Part shown: positions 46,915 through 55,751 of the stretch, piece by piece
How positions within the stretch are numbered: the stretch's first letter is position 1
Layout of the letters: each line of letters opens with the position of its first letter
Origin: an uncultured Pseudomonadales bacterium
GTDB lineage: Bacteria; Patescibacteriota; Microgenomatia; UBA1400; PJMF01
NCBI GenBank assembly: GCA_964570365.1
Contig: CAZMXT010000002.1
Coordinates: forward strand, 1-55,751
Direction of reading: 5' to 3'
DNA length: 55,751 nucleotides
The notes under the pieces: generated by a model
Told to the model about the DNA's origin: nothing
Seen by the model: the letters and a program-made list of their open reading frames with translations, nothing else
The model's database searches: none
Translations under genes and position numbers: made by a program

Positions 46915-49900
46915 ATGAAAAAAATCTGGGAGTTACTTCAGCTTCATTGGCCAAAACTACTTTTGTGTTTTATTTGGCTGGCCATCGTTGTCACCAACTA
47001 CCAGCCAGGTACTTGGTTAAGTGGTTGGGATAATTTACACCCTGAATTTGACTTTTGGTTAAGTGTAAAAAGATCTTTTTCGGCTACATGGCAAGAATAC
47101 CAGGGAGTGGGCTTACTGGGTGGCATGAGCCATGCCGCAGATGTCACCCGCCAACTATTTCTATGGGCTCTATCATTTGTTTTCCCCCGTGACACATTGC
47201 GTTACATCTGGCATTTCTTAATGTTACTCATCGGACCACTGGGTGTACTGTCCCTGGCTACTTTCTTACTTTCACCAAAGTCGTCTCGGAAGAAACTAAG
47301 TCTTAAGGCTGCTAGTTTTATGGCTGGCTCATTTTATTTACTCAATTTAGCTACTGTTCAATACTTCTTTACTCCTTTTGAAACTTTTTCTAGCTTCTAC
47401 GGGTTTTTACCTTGGCTATTATATGGCGCGCTACGCTACTTAAAGTCACACAGTTCCAAAGATTTACTGCTCTTCTTTGCTATCTCAGTAGCAGCTAGTT
47501 CTGCCTTTTATGTCCAAACTTTATTTGTGGTTTATAGCTTGGTTTTGGGGATTTTTATGCTTAATGCTGCTTGGCCGTTTAGGGCTTTACAACTCAAAGC
47601 CTCTCTTAAACTAGCCCTAACAATTCTAGCCAGTAATGCTTTCTGGTTACTACCATCACTTTACTTTACCTTAACCGCCTCTGTTACCACGCTTCAAGCC
47701 AAACAAAATGTGATTTCCACTCCAGAAGTTCAGTATATGAATCAATACTTTGGGACTTTATCTGATATTGCCTTACTCAAAGGGTATTGGTTTAATTATC
47801 TTGACTTTGATACCTCACAGAAGAAGCCTGTCTTTTTATTTCAAGCTTGGCGAGATCACTTAGCTCAGTCACCCACGCAATGGGTAGGTTTTAGTTTTTT
47901 TATCATGGCAGTGCTAGGAATAATCTTTTTGATTAAAAAGAAAAACTTTGCTTTTGCTCCGGCCATTGCTTTTGTTTTTGCGCTGGTGGTTTTAATTCTG
48001 ACTGCCGGCAACGGTATCTTTGGGGTGGGTTTTACTTTTTTGTCTGACCACGTACCCTTGTTTGGCCAAATTTTTAGAACTGTTTTTACTAAATGGTCAA
48101 TTGTGGCTGCGCTCATTTACAGTTTAGGTTTATTTAATTTTTTTCACACTTTACTCAGTTTTAGAATGCATCGTTTTGCTGCCTACCTCAGATTACTGAT
48201 CGTACCCCTCTTTATCAGTCTGTTAATCTTCTACACCTTACCAATTTTTAAAGGTCATTTTCTGGCTGACTTAGTCCGAGTTAAGATTCCCACGCCCTAC
48301 TTTGAATTATTTAGTTTTTTCAAAACGCAACCTAAACAAGCTCGAATTGCTTCTTTTCCCGTTCAGTCTGGGTGGGGCTGGGGGCTGCATACCTGGAAAT
48401 ATAGTGGTAGCGGTTTTTTGTGGTATGGGATTGAACAACCAATTTTAGATCGAGCCTTTGATGTTTGGAGTCCTCACAATGAAACCTATTTCAACCAGAT
48501 TTCTGAGGCAGTCTACGGTAATGATCCTCAAGCCCTAGCTAATACGCTAAAACAGTATCAAGTGTCGTATCTTTTGATTGATGAAAGCATTACCACCTAC
48601 GACCGCGACCAAGCCTTTTTATTTTTCCCTGAAACTAAAAATTTGTTAAGCCAAATTGGCGCAAAAGTCGTCTGGCAAAAAGATTTCTTAACTATTTATC
48701 AAACTCCATTTAGTTCTCGTTCTTTTCTTAATGCTCCAGCTAGTTTTAGTCATATTGATGTTAATACGGTTTACGGTCGAAGGGATCAAGCCTTTGCGCA
48801 ATACGGCAATTACATTTCGCTTAATAACATTGAAACTGAACTACCCTCAGTAATTTTGCCTTTTCATAGTTTGTATTCTACAAACCTTAAAGATATGGCC
48901 GTTGAGAATCAGAAGGTGGTAATTAGAAAAAATGTCCCGCTTCACGGACAAACTCAAGTGGTAATACCAGCCTTAGCCACTGGTCAGAACTATACAACTC
49001 CAGCCGAAATTAGCTACAGCAATGCTCAGATATCAATTACTTTTCCCATTCCCAAACTAGATATCAATGATCACTCATTTACTCTGGCTCAGCTCCCAGC
49101 AGTGTCAATCAAGGCTCCAGTGGCTTCAGAGAATATTGTGCTCCAGATAGCTGACCAGCAAATTTACCTTAAACCTCAGCAACTAGTTTCAGTCAGTTTT
49201 GTTTTACCGGCTGGTAAAGAAATATCTGCTTCAGTTTTTGATGAAGCAGATATTGACTTCTCCACTTCTGAGCCTGTCATTGGTCAAGAAGATGTGATTG
49301 AAGATGTTCTCTCTCCTAGCATCTGGACAGAGTTGCTTAACCCTCAGACCTTCCCAGTTAGTCCGGAAAATAACTCAGTTAATTTAGCCATTTCATTGCC
49401 CGTCACCGCCCAAACCATTCCTTCCACCCAATCTTCAGATACAAATTGTGATGCTTTTCAACGAGGTGAATTTACCAATCTAACAGAAGGGGCTAAAACT
49501 TTTTTTACCGCTGATAATTTTGCGATTCTCTGCCATATTTCGAATGTATATCCGGTCTCAACTCGTAACAGCTATTTAGTTCATATTAAAGGCGAAAATC
49601 TTCTAGGGCGCAGCTTGCGACTCTTTGTCTACAATAAAGAAACAAACCGTTCTGATCTGGAAGAAATTTTACCCAAGAAAAAATTTGATAGTTTTTACAG
49701 TCTTTTGAGTTGGCCATTAATACCAGAAAATTTTTACGATTTAAATTTAGTGACTCGTTCATTTGGCCAGAAAAGTCAGAATGTAACTGAAAAAGTTGAG
49801 ATCTACCCTTTTCCTCTAGAGTATGTATCACAGATTTACCTGTCTGCGGCTGATACCCAGAGCTCACTCAATCTTAAGAATTCCACCAAGCTTTCTCAAA

Positions 49901-50193
49901 CTTGGAAACGGGAGACCTATCAATACGGTGGCCATGTAACCGCAGCTAGTAATTCCGGACTACTGACCTTAGGTCAAGGTTACAACTCAGGCTGGATCGC
50001 TTTTAGTTTGCAACGCTTCCAAATATTACCCCATGTCAAATATAACGGCTGGGCCAACGCCTGGATTTTGCCTGAAGGCAACTACAGCTTTGTGATTTTC
50101 TATCTGCCACAATTATTTAATACTTTTGGCTTCCTTCTTTTAGCTGTTACATTAGCTTTCTTGGTTCGAGCACTGCGAAAAAATGTAAGCTAA
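46915..50193 (+). CDS. Large GT-C-like membrane protein (YfhO/AftD-like architecture)
   Basis: 1092 aa, about 12 N-terminal TMs (GWDNLHPE, QIFRTVFTKW), beta-rich ectodomain, C-terminal QGYNSGWIA...YNGWANAW and TM. Confidence 0.75.
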   Translation: MKKIWELLQLHWPKLLLCFIWLAIVVTNYQPGTWLSGWDNLHPEFDFWLSVKRSFSATWQEYQGVGLLGGMSHAADVTRQLFLWALSFVFPRDTLRYIWHFLMLLIGPLGVLSLATFLLSPKSSRKKLSLKAASFMAGSFYLLNLATVQYFFTPFETFSSFYGFLPWLLYGALRYLKSHSSKDLLLFFAISVAASSAFYVQTLFVVYSLVLGIFMLNAAWPFRALQLKASLKLALTILASNAFWLLPSLYFTLTASVTTLQAKQNVISTPEVQYMNQYFGTLSDIALLKGYWFNYLDFDTSQKKPVFLFQAWRDHLAQSPTQWVGFSFFIMAVLGIIFLIKKKNFAFAPAIAFVFALVVLILTAGNGIFGVGFTFLSDHVPLFGQIFRTVFTKWSIVAALIYSLGLFNFFHTLLSFRMHRFAAYLRLLIVPLFISLLIFYTLPIFKGHFLADLVRVKIPTPYFELFSFFKTQPKQARIASFPVQSGWGWGLHTWKYSGSGFLWYGIEQPILDRAFDVWSPHNETYFNQISEAVYGNDPQALANTLKQYQVSYLLIDESITTYDRDQAFLFFPETKNLLSQIGAKVVWQKDFLTIYQTPFSSRSFLNAPASFSHIDVNTVYGRRDQAFAQYGNYISLNNIETELPSVILPFHSLYSTNLKDMAVENQKVVIRKNVPLHGQTQVVIPALATGQNYTTPAEISYSNAQISITFPIPKLDINDHSFTLAQLPAVSIKAPVASENIVLQIADQQIYLKPQQLVSVSFVLPAGKEISASVFDEADIDFSTSEPVIGQEDVIEDVLSPSIWTELLNPQTFPVSPENNSVNLAISLPVTAQTIPSTQSSDTNCDAFQRGEFTNLTEGAKTFFTADNFAILCHISNVYPVSTRNSYLVHIKGENLLGRSLRLFVYNKETNRSDLEEILPKKKFDSFYSLLSWPLIPENFYDLNLVTRSFGQKSQNVTEKVEIYPFPLEYVSQIYLSAADTQSSLNLKNSTKLSQTWKRETYQYGGHVTAASNSGLLTLGQGYNSGWIAFSLQRFQILPHVKYNGWANAWILPEGNYSFVIFYLPQLFNTFGFLLLAVTLAFLVRALRKNVS

Positions 50194-50451
50194 ATGTCAG
50201 AATTCAGGTTTATACCTGAAGCATGACCTGATGCAGCCGGATCATTTGCTGCGGAAGCTTCCAACAAAATTCGAAACCATTTGGTCCTTTTACAGTACTT
50301 CTACCTAGTGATTGTTGAGGTCGATTCTAGAGTTAAAGGGCAGGCAGGATCTGGCTCAGATTATGACGGCGGAATAGTATTTAAACCTGAAGTGCCATTT
50401 GAGAAAGGGAAGAAGCTTTACAGATCTTACGCAATGATGTTACTGAGTTAG
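50194..50451 (+). pseudogene. Degraded minimal nucleotidyltransferase-like gene
   Basis: ATG directly after the upstream stop, in-frame TGA at codon 11, then DSRVKGQAGSGSDYDGGIVF resembling GSxxxGxxxxxSDxD. Confidence 0.45.
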
Positions 50452-50660
50452 ATCAAATTGAAAAGTCTTTAGAACTTTCGTTAAGACACACAGATGGTGG
50501 ATACAGCTTGTCAAGCCCCCCATTCATGAAGACCGGATTCTGGGAAATGTAATCGGGCAAATGAAACAGGAGACATTTTGAGTGATCGATGAATCCTTTT
50601 GTAATTGTAATACTTGATTTGAGAATAAATCTCTTCAATTCATTCTCCAGCAGTAACTAA

Positions 50661-50981
50661 ACTACAAAAAATGGGACGTATGGATATCACTTCCATGCCA
50701 GTGCTAAAACTGAGCAAGGTCTTTTTATACTAGGACAGGGATTTAACAAAGGGTGGATCGCATTCAACAGTAGTAAACCTTCCAAACTTTTTGAGCACAT
50801 CAAGTACAATGGCTGGGCAAATGCTTGGATTATTCCTCAAGGGGAGTACGATATTCTGGTAATTTATTGGCCACAACTTCTAAGTTTTTCAGGCTATATT
50901 TCTGCGCTAATTGTTCTGATTCTATTGGCGTTCAGATTCCTTACTTCACGCCATTTCAAAAAACCCTACGCTTCCCGCTAG
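50661..50981 (+). pseudogene. C-terminal relic of a paralog of 46915-50193
   Basis: Start-less frame GLFILGQGFNKGWIAF...HIKYNGWANAWIIPQGEYDILVIYWPQL aligns with GLLTLGQGYNSGWIAF...HVKYNGWANAWILPEGNYSFVIFYLPQL. Confidence 0.85.
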
Positions 50982-51003
50982 AATCACTCACTAGATTAAG
51001 AGT

Positions 51004-52310
51004 GTGAGAATATTTCGACACACGCTTCTGCTACTGCTGGAAATTGCCTTCTTTTGCCTGCTGACTGTCTTCATTTCTTCTGTCGCTTTTGCCCAGGTAG
51101 TAATAAATGAGCTTCATCCCGCACCGAGCAGTGGCAATGAGTGGTTTGAGCTCAAGAATGTCGGTACTGCTTCAGCAGATCTCTCAACTTGGTCAGTCAG
51201 TGACAGCGCTGCAACTTTGAACCCTTCACCTACATTTACCAACAGAATTATAAATCCCGGTGAGTACGCTGTCTTCGAGCTGAGTAATAAGCTAAATAAT
51301 ACTGGCGACAAGCTGATTTTGTACGCCCCCAGCTCGGTGGTTATCGACCAGTTTGAGTATAGCTCCTCTCAAAGTGACGTGAGTTGGGCCAGAAGTCCTG
51401 ACGCTACCGGCTCGTTTGCGTTGCAACCACCGAGTCGGGGAGTGAGTAACTTTGCACCCAGTCCAACTCCAGCTCCCTTAGCTACTCCTTCGACATCAGT
51501 GTCACCATCCCCAGGCTCTTCGCCGACTCCAACTCCAAACCCCTCACCTACTCCAACAACGTAAAACTCTCGGAGATTATGGCCTGCCCAGAAACCGGCA
51601 ACAGCGAGTGGATTGAGCTCTATAACCCGGACTCCAGCACATACACGTTAGACAGCTGGAAAATTCGCGACTCAGCCGGGACTCGAAAGACTATCTCCGG
51701 CAGTATTCCAGCCCAGGGCTATGCCACTTTTCAGCTCTCCACCTCAATTCTCAATAATGACGGAGATCAAGTTTCGCTAGAAAACCCTATCGGAGTGACC
51801 CTCGCTACTGTCAGCTTTGGCGAGTGTCAGAAAGGAACCAGCTTTATTGATCATGAAGGAACTTGGCAACAAACTTTTTCAGTCACTAAAGACTTCGCAA
51901 ATATTTTCTTTTCTGACGCTGAGAATACCTCAGAGGAAGAATTTGCTAAATCAGATGAAAGTAGTATTAGCTCCCCCTCGCCTTCACTAAAATCTAGCTC
52001 ACTTCGCCCTTTAGTATCAACTGCCAGCTCTGCCACATCCAAAATTAAAAAAACCCCATATCCAGTGGCTAGTTTTTCTGCTGAATTCCTGGCCTCCCTT
52101 ACAGATCTGCATTTTAAACAGGTCGCCACGGTCAGCACTGGTACTGTGGAGGAAAAGCCTTTTCTCCCCACATCCCCATCGAAGCTCCCAGGTAAGTTCT
52201 TGATTCTTGGACCAATGGCTATTGGCATCTCTTTGATGGCCACCAGCAGTTACCTCTACTACAAATGGTATACTGAAAAACGTGCACAAGAAGATTTTGA
52301 TTTTGCTTAA
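51004..52310 (+). CDS. Two-lamin-tail-domain surface protein split by a frameshift near 51540
   Basis: VVINELHP...EWFELKN, PT/PS linker, then in the -1 frame TYSNNVKLSEIMACP...EWIELYN, C-terminal TM. Confidence 0.8.
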
Positions 52311-52680
52311 TGCCTACTTACCACCATTTCTATGGGCGAGCGTAATATTTCTTTTTTCTTCTCAAAGTCAGTTACCTGGTCTGAGTGTTTCAATGTTCGA
52401 CTTTTTTTTCAAAAAAAGCGCGCATATGTTTGTCTATGCCGTCTTCTATTTTCTCCTCCATCGAGGAATTAACTTCCATCGTTATGCTCATCTGCCCATC
52501 TCACAGCGACCTCACTTTGTAACTAACTGGTGGCTGCCATTCCTTTTTACGCTGCTTTACGCTGCCCTCGATGAGTTCCACCAGATGTTTACCCCAAACC
52601 GCTATCCTACTATTCGGGATGTCGGATATGACATGCTCGGGGCTTGGGTTTCTTTTCTCTGGATTTACAGGTATATCTAG
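52282..52680 (+). CDS. VanZ family membrane protein
   Basis: IFLFSSQ, KKSAHMFVY, YAALDEFHQMFTPNR...DVGYD. Confidence 0.9.
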   Translation: MHKKILILLNAYLPPFLWASVIFLFSSQSQLPGLSVSMFDFFFKKSAHMFVYAVFYFLLHRGINFHRYAHLPISQRPHFVTNWWLPFLFTLLYAALDEFHQMFTPNRYPTIRDVGYDMLGAWVSFLWIYRYI

Positions 52681-53150
52681 GCTAAGAACTGTTCAATAAC
52701 CTCTCGTTGCAATGGGTTCAGGTTACTCAATCGACTGAGCTGACCCAGCCTATCTCTCCCAACCATCGTTACAAGCTCACTCTTTACACTTGCAAGCAAC
52801 GTCACATCGCTTTCCCCCATTTGCTGGGCGGCCACTCGGAAATGTAAACCTATATATACTAATTTACTGACTAGCTTGCGCTCATCTTGATGAGCATATC
52901 TCAGTTGTCTGACATTCTTTTGTTGATGGGTGAAGAACTGCTGCCACTGAGTTGGCTTTCTCAGAAACTTTCCTTCTAATCTGCCTAGCAACTCCACTAA
53001 ATCTGAATAGAATCCCAGTACTTCATTAGTCTGAGCAGGAAGTAATTGTCTAAGAATTGCTGACTGACGGTGAAATGCAGCCAAAGTCTCCGAGCTAGCT
53101 GTATCTATATCCGTTGCAACCAGGAGTAATCGGTATAATCTGAAGATCAT
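52677..53150 (-). CDS. Hypothetical helical protein
   Basis: Open frame that fills the gap between vanZ and hup; start uncertain (53150 or further upstream). Confidence 0.55.
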   Translation of the reverse strand: MIFRLYRLLLVATDIDTASSETLAAFHRQSAILRQLLPAQTNEVLGFYSDLVELLGRLEGKFLRKPTQWQQFFTHQQKNVRQLRYAHQDERKLVSKLVYIGLHFRVAAQQMGESDVTLLASVKSELVTMVGRDRLGQLSRLSNLNPLQREVIEQFLA

Positions 53151-53217
53151 AGATAGTTCTTTGCGGATATCACCGGAATCACCTAACTCAGCACCGAGTT
53201 CCCCCCCCAAACTGCAT

Positions 53218-53246
53218 TTGGCACGACAGAGTCTATATGGTAGGAT
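53218..53246 (+). promoter_or_regulatory. Sigma70 promoter of the HU gene
   Basis: TTGGCA-17 nt-TAGGAT with extended TG; GAGGAGG RBS downstream. Confidence 0.65.
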
Positions 53247-53299
53247 CACCGTATCATTGATAGATAGTACTTTATCCCATTTCGTTTGAGGAGGAACTC

Positions 53300-53575
53300 A
53301 TGACAAAATCACAGCTGATCAATATTGTGGCCAAAAAAGCGCACTTAACCAAAAAAGCTTCAGAAGAGGCAGTTGAAACAATATTTGAAGAGATTATTCG
53401 TAGTTTGCGCAAAGGTGATAAAGTGGTTATTTCTGGATTTGGCACTTTTTACTTAGGCAAAGTCAAGGATAAGCAAGTCGTCCCATTTGGTGACGAAGAC
53501 AAGCGTCAAGTGATTAAAGGTCACAAAGTGGTCAACTTTAGAGTTGGCAAACCACTCAAGCGCGCAGTTTGGTAA
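53300..53575 (+). CDS. hup: HU family DNA-binding protein
   Basis: MTKSQLINIVA, VVISGFGTF, VNFRVGKPLK. Confidence 0.92.
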   Translation: MTKSQLINIVAKKAHLTKKASEEAVETIFEEIIRSLRKGDKVVISGFGTFYLGKVKDKQVVPFGDEDKRQVIKGHKVVNFRVGKPLKRAVW

Positions 53576-54375
53576 TGTGGCGCCGTTTTACTCATCTCAT
53601 TAAGCATTCTTTTCTTGTGTCTCTCGGATATCGTTCAGAGGTTTTCCTATGGATTCTGCTGAGCATTGTGCCCACGGCAGTCGTTTTATTGATCTGGGTG
53701 AGTGTATACCAGGGTGCATCCGAACTACGTGGATTCCAACTTAGTCAGCTCTTGCAGTACTTATTTATTGCTACCGTAATTAGCGGTATTACTTCATCTC
53801 ACTTCGAGAGCTGGCGAGCTAGAGAAATTCGCGAAGGCAAGATTGACTACTTGCTGACTAAGCCAATCTCCTATCTCACTCAAGTATTTTTGCATGACTT
53901 GGGAGCGAAAATTTTTTATATTGCTTACTCAATTCCGATCTTTATTTTTAGTTATTGGTTCTTAAGCCAAGTACTACCAATAAGTGGAATTCAATTTTCT
54001 CTCATCAACTTCCTTCAGTTTTGCATCCTAATTGTCTATGGCTACCTGGTAGAGTTTTTCCTTGCCTTGATTGTGTTACTCCTAACATTTTGGTTCGAGA
54101 ACGGAGAAGGCCTAGAACACTTCAAGATGCTGACTATCAGCTTGCTGAGTGGGATGATGATACCAATTGTATTTATGCCTCCTTGGCTCCAAAGTATTGT
54201 ACAAGCACTACCACTAAAGTATATGTATGCCTGGCCAATTGAAATTCTCCAGCAGCGCCAAACGCTGCAGATACAGGATCTGCTGTATGCAGCTGCTTTC
54301 CTACTATTTCTCTATGGACTGGTGAGACTGCTATGGCGACGAGCTCTCTTGAGATACTGCTCGGCTGGAGGTTAA
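53575..54375 (+). CDS. ABC-2 family (DUF990-type) permease
   Basis: EIREGKIDYLLTKP, LTFWFE, LSGMMIP, LPLKY. Confidence 0.88.
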   Translation: MWRRFTHLIKHSFLVSLGYRSEVFLWILLSIVPTAVVLLIWVSVYQGASELRGFQLSQLLQYLFIATVISGITSSHFESWRAREIREGKIDYLLTKPISYLTQVFLHDLGAKIFYIAYSIPIFIFSYWFLSQVLPISGIQFSLINFLQFCILIVYGYLVEFFLALIVLLLTFWFENGEGLEHFKMLTISLLSGMMIPIVFMPPWLQSIVQALPLKYMYAWPIEILQQRQTLQIQDLLYAAAFLLFLYGLVRLLWRRALLRYCSAGG

Positions 54376-54385
54376 AAATATAATC

Positions 54386-55186
54386 ATGTATAAATCACTG
54401 CGTAAACACTGGCGTCTTTTCTGGAAGTTTCGGCAACTTCGCTTGATGTTATTACTAGAGTACCGGAATAGTTTCTTTTTTTGGTCGCTGGTATCCGTGC
54501 TTTGGACTGCCTTTAACTACTTTTTCTTTAGCCTGATTGTCAGCGCGAACAACACTATTGCCGGTTGGAACCAATCTGAGATGTACGTTTTGATCTCTAC
54601 TTTTACAATTCTGGATGCTTTTACCTGGTCATTTTTTTATGCCAATATGACTACCTATACTAAGTCGATTTTTTATGGTGAGATGACCACCTACTTAACT
54701 CGGCCCGTGAGTACTCAATTTCTGGTTTCGATCCAAAATAATAGTTTTAATAATATCTTTCGTTTGGTGATTGGGATCGTCGTACTGGTCAAGGCAGTTC
54801 AAGCAACGCAGGTACCTCTCAGTCTAGGAACCATCCTCCTCTACGTTACGTTCATGATTCTGTCACTGCTTTTTATTTACAGCTTGTGGTTTATCGTCGC
54901 TACATGCGCCTTTTGGGTAGAGCGACTTGATAATATTAACGAGCTGATTCCAGCCACTCGCCGGATGTGGCAAGTCCCGCGGGGAGTGTACAGCGGGCTA
55001 GCCTCTACGTTATTTACCGTCATCCTCCCCTTGGGCTTAATCTCGACTATTCCAAGTGAAATTTTACTCGGGAAAGGTGAACTAAGGTGGATGGTGTACT
55101 ACGGAATTTTTGCAGTCGGCAGCTTGCTTTTTTCAACCTGGTTTTTTCGTATTTCAGTCAAACGCTACTCTGGAGTCGGCAACTAA
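54386..55186 (+). CDS. ABC-2 family (DUF990-type) permease
   Basis: LEYR, IAGWN, GEMTTYLTRP, AFWVE, RYSGVG. Confidence 0.88.
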   Translation: MYKSLRKHWRLFWKFRQLRLMLLLEYRNSFFFWSLVSVLWTAFNYFFFSLIVSANNTIAGWNQSEMYVLISTFTILDAFTWSFFYANMTTYTKSIFYGEMTTYLTRPVSTQFLVSIQNNSFNNIFRLVIGIVVLVKAVQATQVPLSLGTILLYVTFMILSLLFIYSLWFIVATCAFWVERLDNINELIPATRRMWQVPRGVYSGLASTLFTVILPLGLISTIPSEILLGKGELRWMVYYGIFAVGSLLFSTWFFRISVKRYSGVGN

Positions 55187-55187
55187 T

Positions 55188-55751
55188 ATGGCAAAGTACT
55201 GGTTGGTCTTCAAGCTCTCGCTCCTTCAATTACTGGAGTATCGCCTGGACTTGTTTTTAGGTACCTTTCGCTACGCCGCATCGATTATGCTGCTCGCACT
55301 GCTGTGGATGGCAGTAGCCAAAGAAAGTACTGCTTTTATTGATACCAGGTATCTGTTGCAGTACTATGTTGCGGCGGCAATTTTGTACGGCCTTTCCAAC
55401 TTTCATCTCGACGAAGTAGAGGAAGACATTCGTTTAGGCTATATCTCCAAATACTTAGTGAAACCAATCTCCCCGTTTCTGTTTTACTTTATAAATAGTG
55501 GGACGAAGACGTTTGCCGAAGTAGTCATTAAAGCATTCGTGATGATTCCGATAGCTGCTCTTTTAGGTGTGTCTTTTGGGACAAGCCTCGCAAATCTATT
55601 TATTTTCTTCTGCTTTATGCCGGTTATTTTCTTTGGCATGTTCTCACTCTACTTGGTGGCTACCAGCTTGGCTTTTTGGTTCACCTCAGTAGACTCTATT
55701 CGACTAAGTATTATGTTTGTGTTCAGATTTTTATCTGGAATCTTCATACCA
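55188..55751 (+). CDS. Third ABC-2 family permease (partial, runs off the window)
   Basis: Hand translation gives MAKYWLVFKLSLLQLLEYR...EDIRLGYISKYLVKP...LAFWF...FLSGIFIP; absent from the ORF track because it has no stop. Confidence 0.85.
   Translation, partial: MAKYWLVFKLSLLQLLEYRLDLFLGTFRYAASIMLLALLWMAVAKESTAFIDTRYLLQYYVAAAILYGLSNFHLDEVEEDIRLGYISKYLVKPISPFLFYFINSGTKTFAEVVIKAFVMIPIAALLGVSFGTSLANLFIFFCFMPVIFFGMFSLYLVATSLAFWFTSVDSIRLSIMFVFRFLSGIFIP

Noticed and set aside
50194-50230. TGA-to-Gly recoding (genetic code 25) suggested by an in-frame TGA
   Set aside because: All conserved genes are intact under code 11, TGA ends rmuC at a sensible position, and an SPF-type RF2 is present.
53201-53208. 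C8 homopolymer as a phase-variation tract
   Set aside because: It is probably intergenic, just upstream of the hup -35 and outside the spacer. There is no evidence of length variation without reads.
1457-54242. Numerous 60-150 aa ORFs antisense to or nested in the called genes
   Set aside because: They are shadow frames of well-supported genes, with no motifs or independent expression signals.
1-55751. CRISPR array, rRNA, intact transposase or prophage
   Set aside because: I saw no regularly spaced repeats, rRNA-like tract, transposase or phage structural gene by eye.

Overview
A gene-dense chromosomal segment of roughly 40-45% GC (by eye). Gene content and style suggest a Patescibacteria (CPR) bacterium, probably Microgenomates; this is an inference. 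The genetic code is standard. The backbone carries an RND pump, rmuC, metG-tatD, a GT2/GT-C/WecA/UbiA/PMT glycosylation cluster, a UvrD-nuclease fusion, tRNA-Pro(GGG), recA-rny-secG, a ROK/hydrolase/MurF-like/DegT/FemAB cell-wall cluster, ppi, prfB-ftsE-ftsX-M23, HU and three ABC-2 permeases. The accessory stretch at about 42.8-51.0 kb holds the main surprises. (1) A minus-strand unit of about 1.25 kb (about 46723 to 45472) starts at a consensus sigma70 promoter. Its 330-nt, GNRA-rich 5' leader pairs with its 3' trailer through four or five nested long-range helices, enclosing an ORF of about 60% GC for a secreted protein. This looks like a closed RNA scaffold carrying a cargo gene, and I cannot assign it to any family I know. 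(2) A 68-nt RNA consisting only of a tmRNA tRNA-like domain lies beside a decayed large serine recombinase. Also notable are a circularly permuted M23 peptidase after ftsEX, a structured rny leader, -10 boxes about 6 nt before many start codons (leaderless expression), and several gene relics. All structures and family calls were made by eye, with no folding software or database search.
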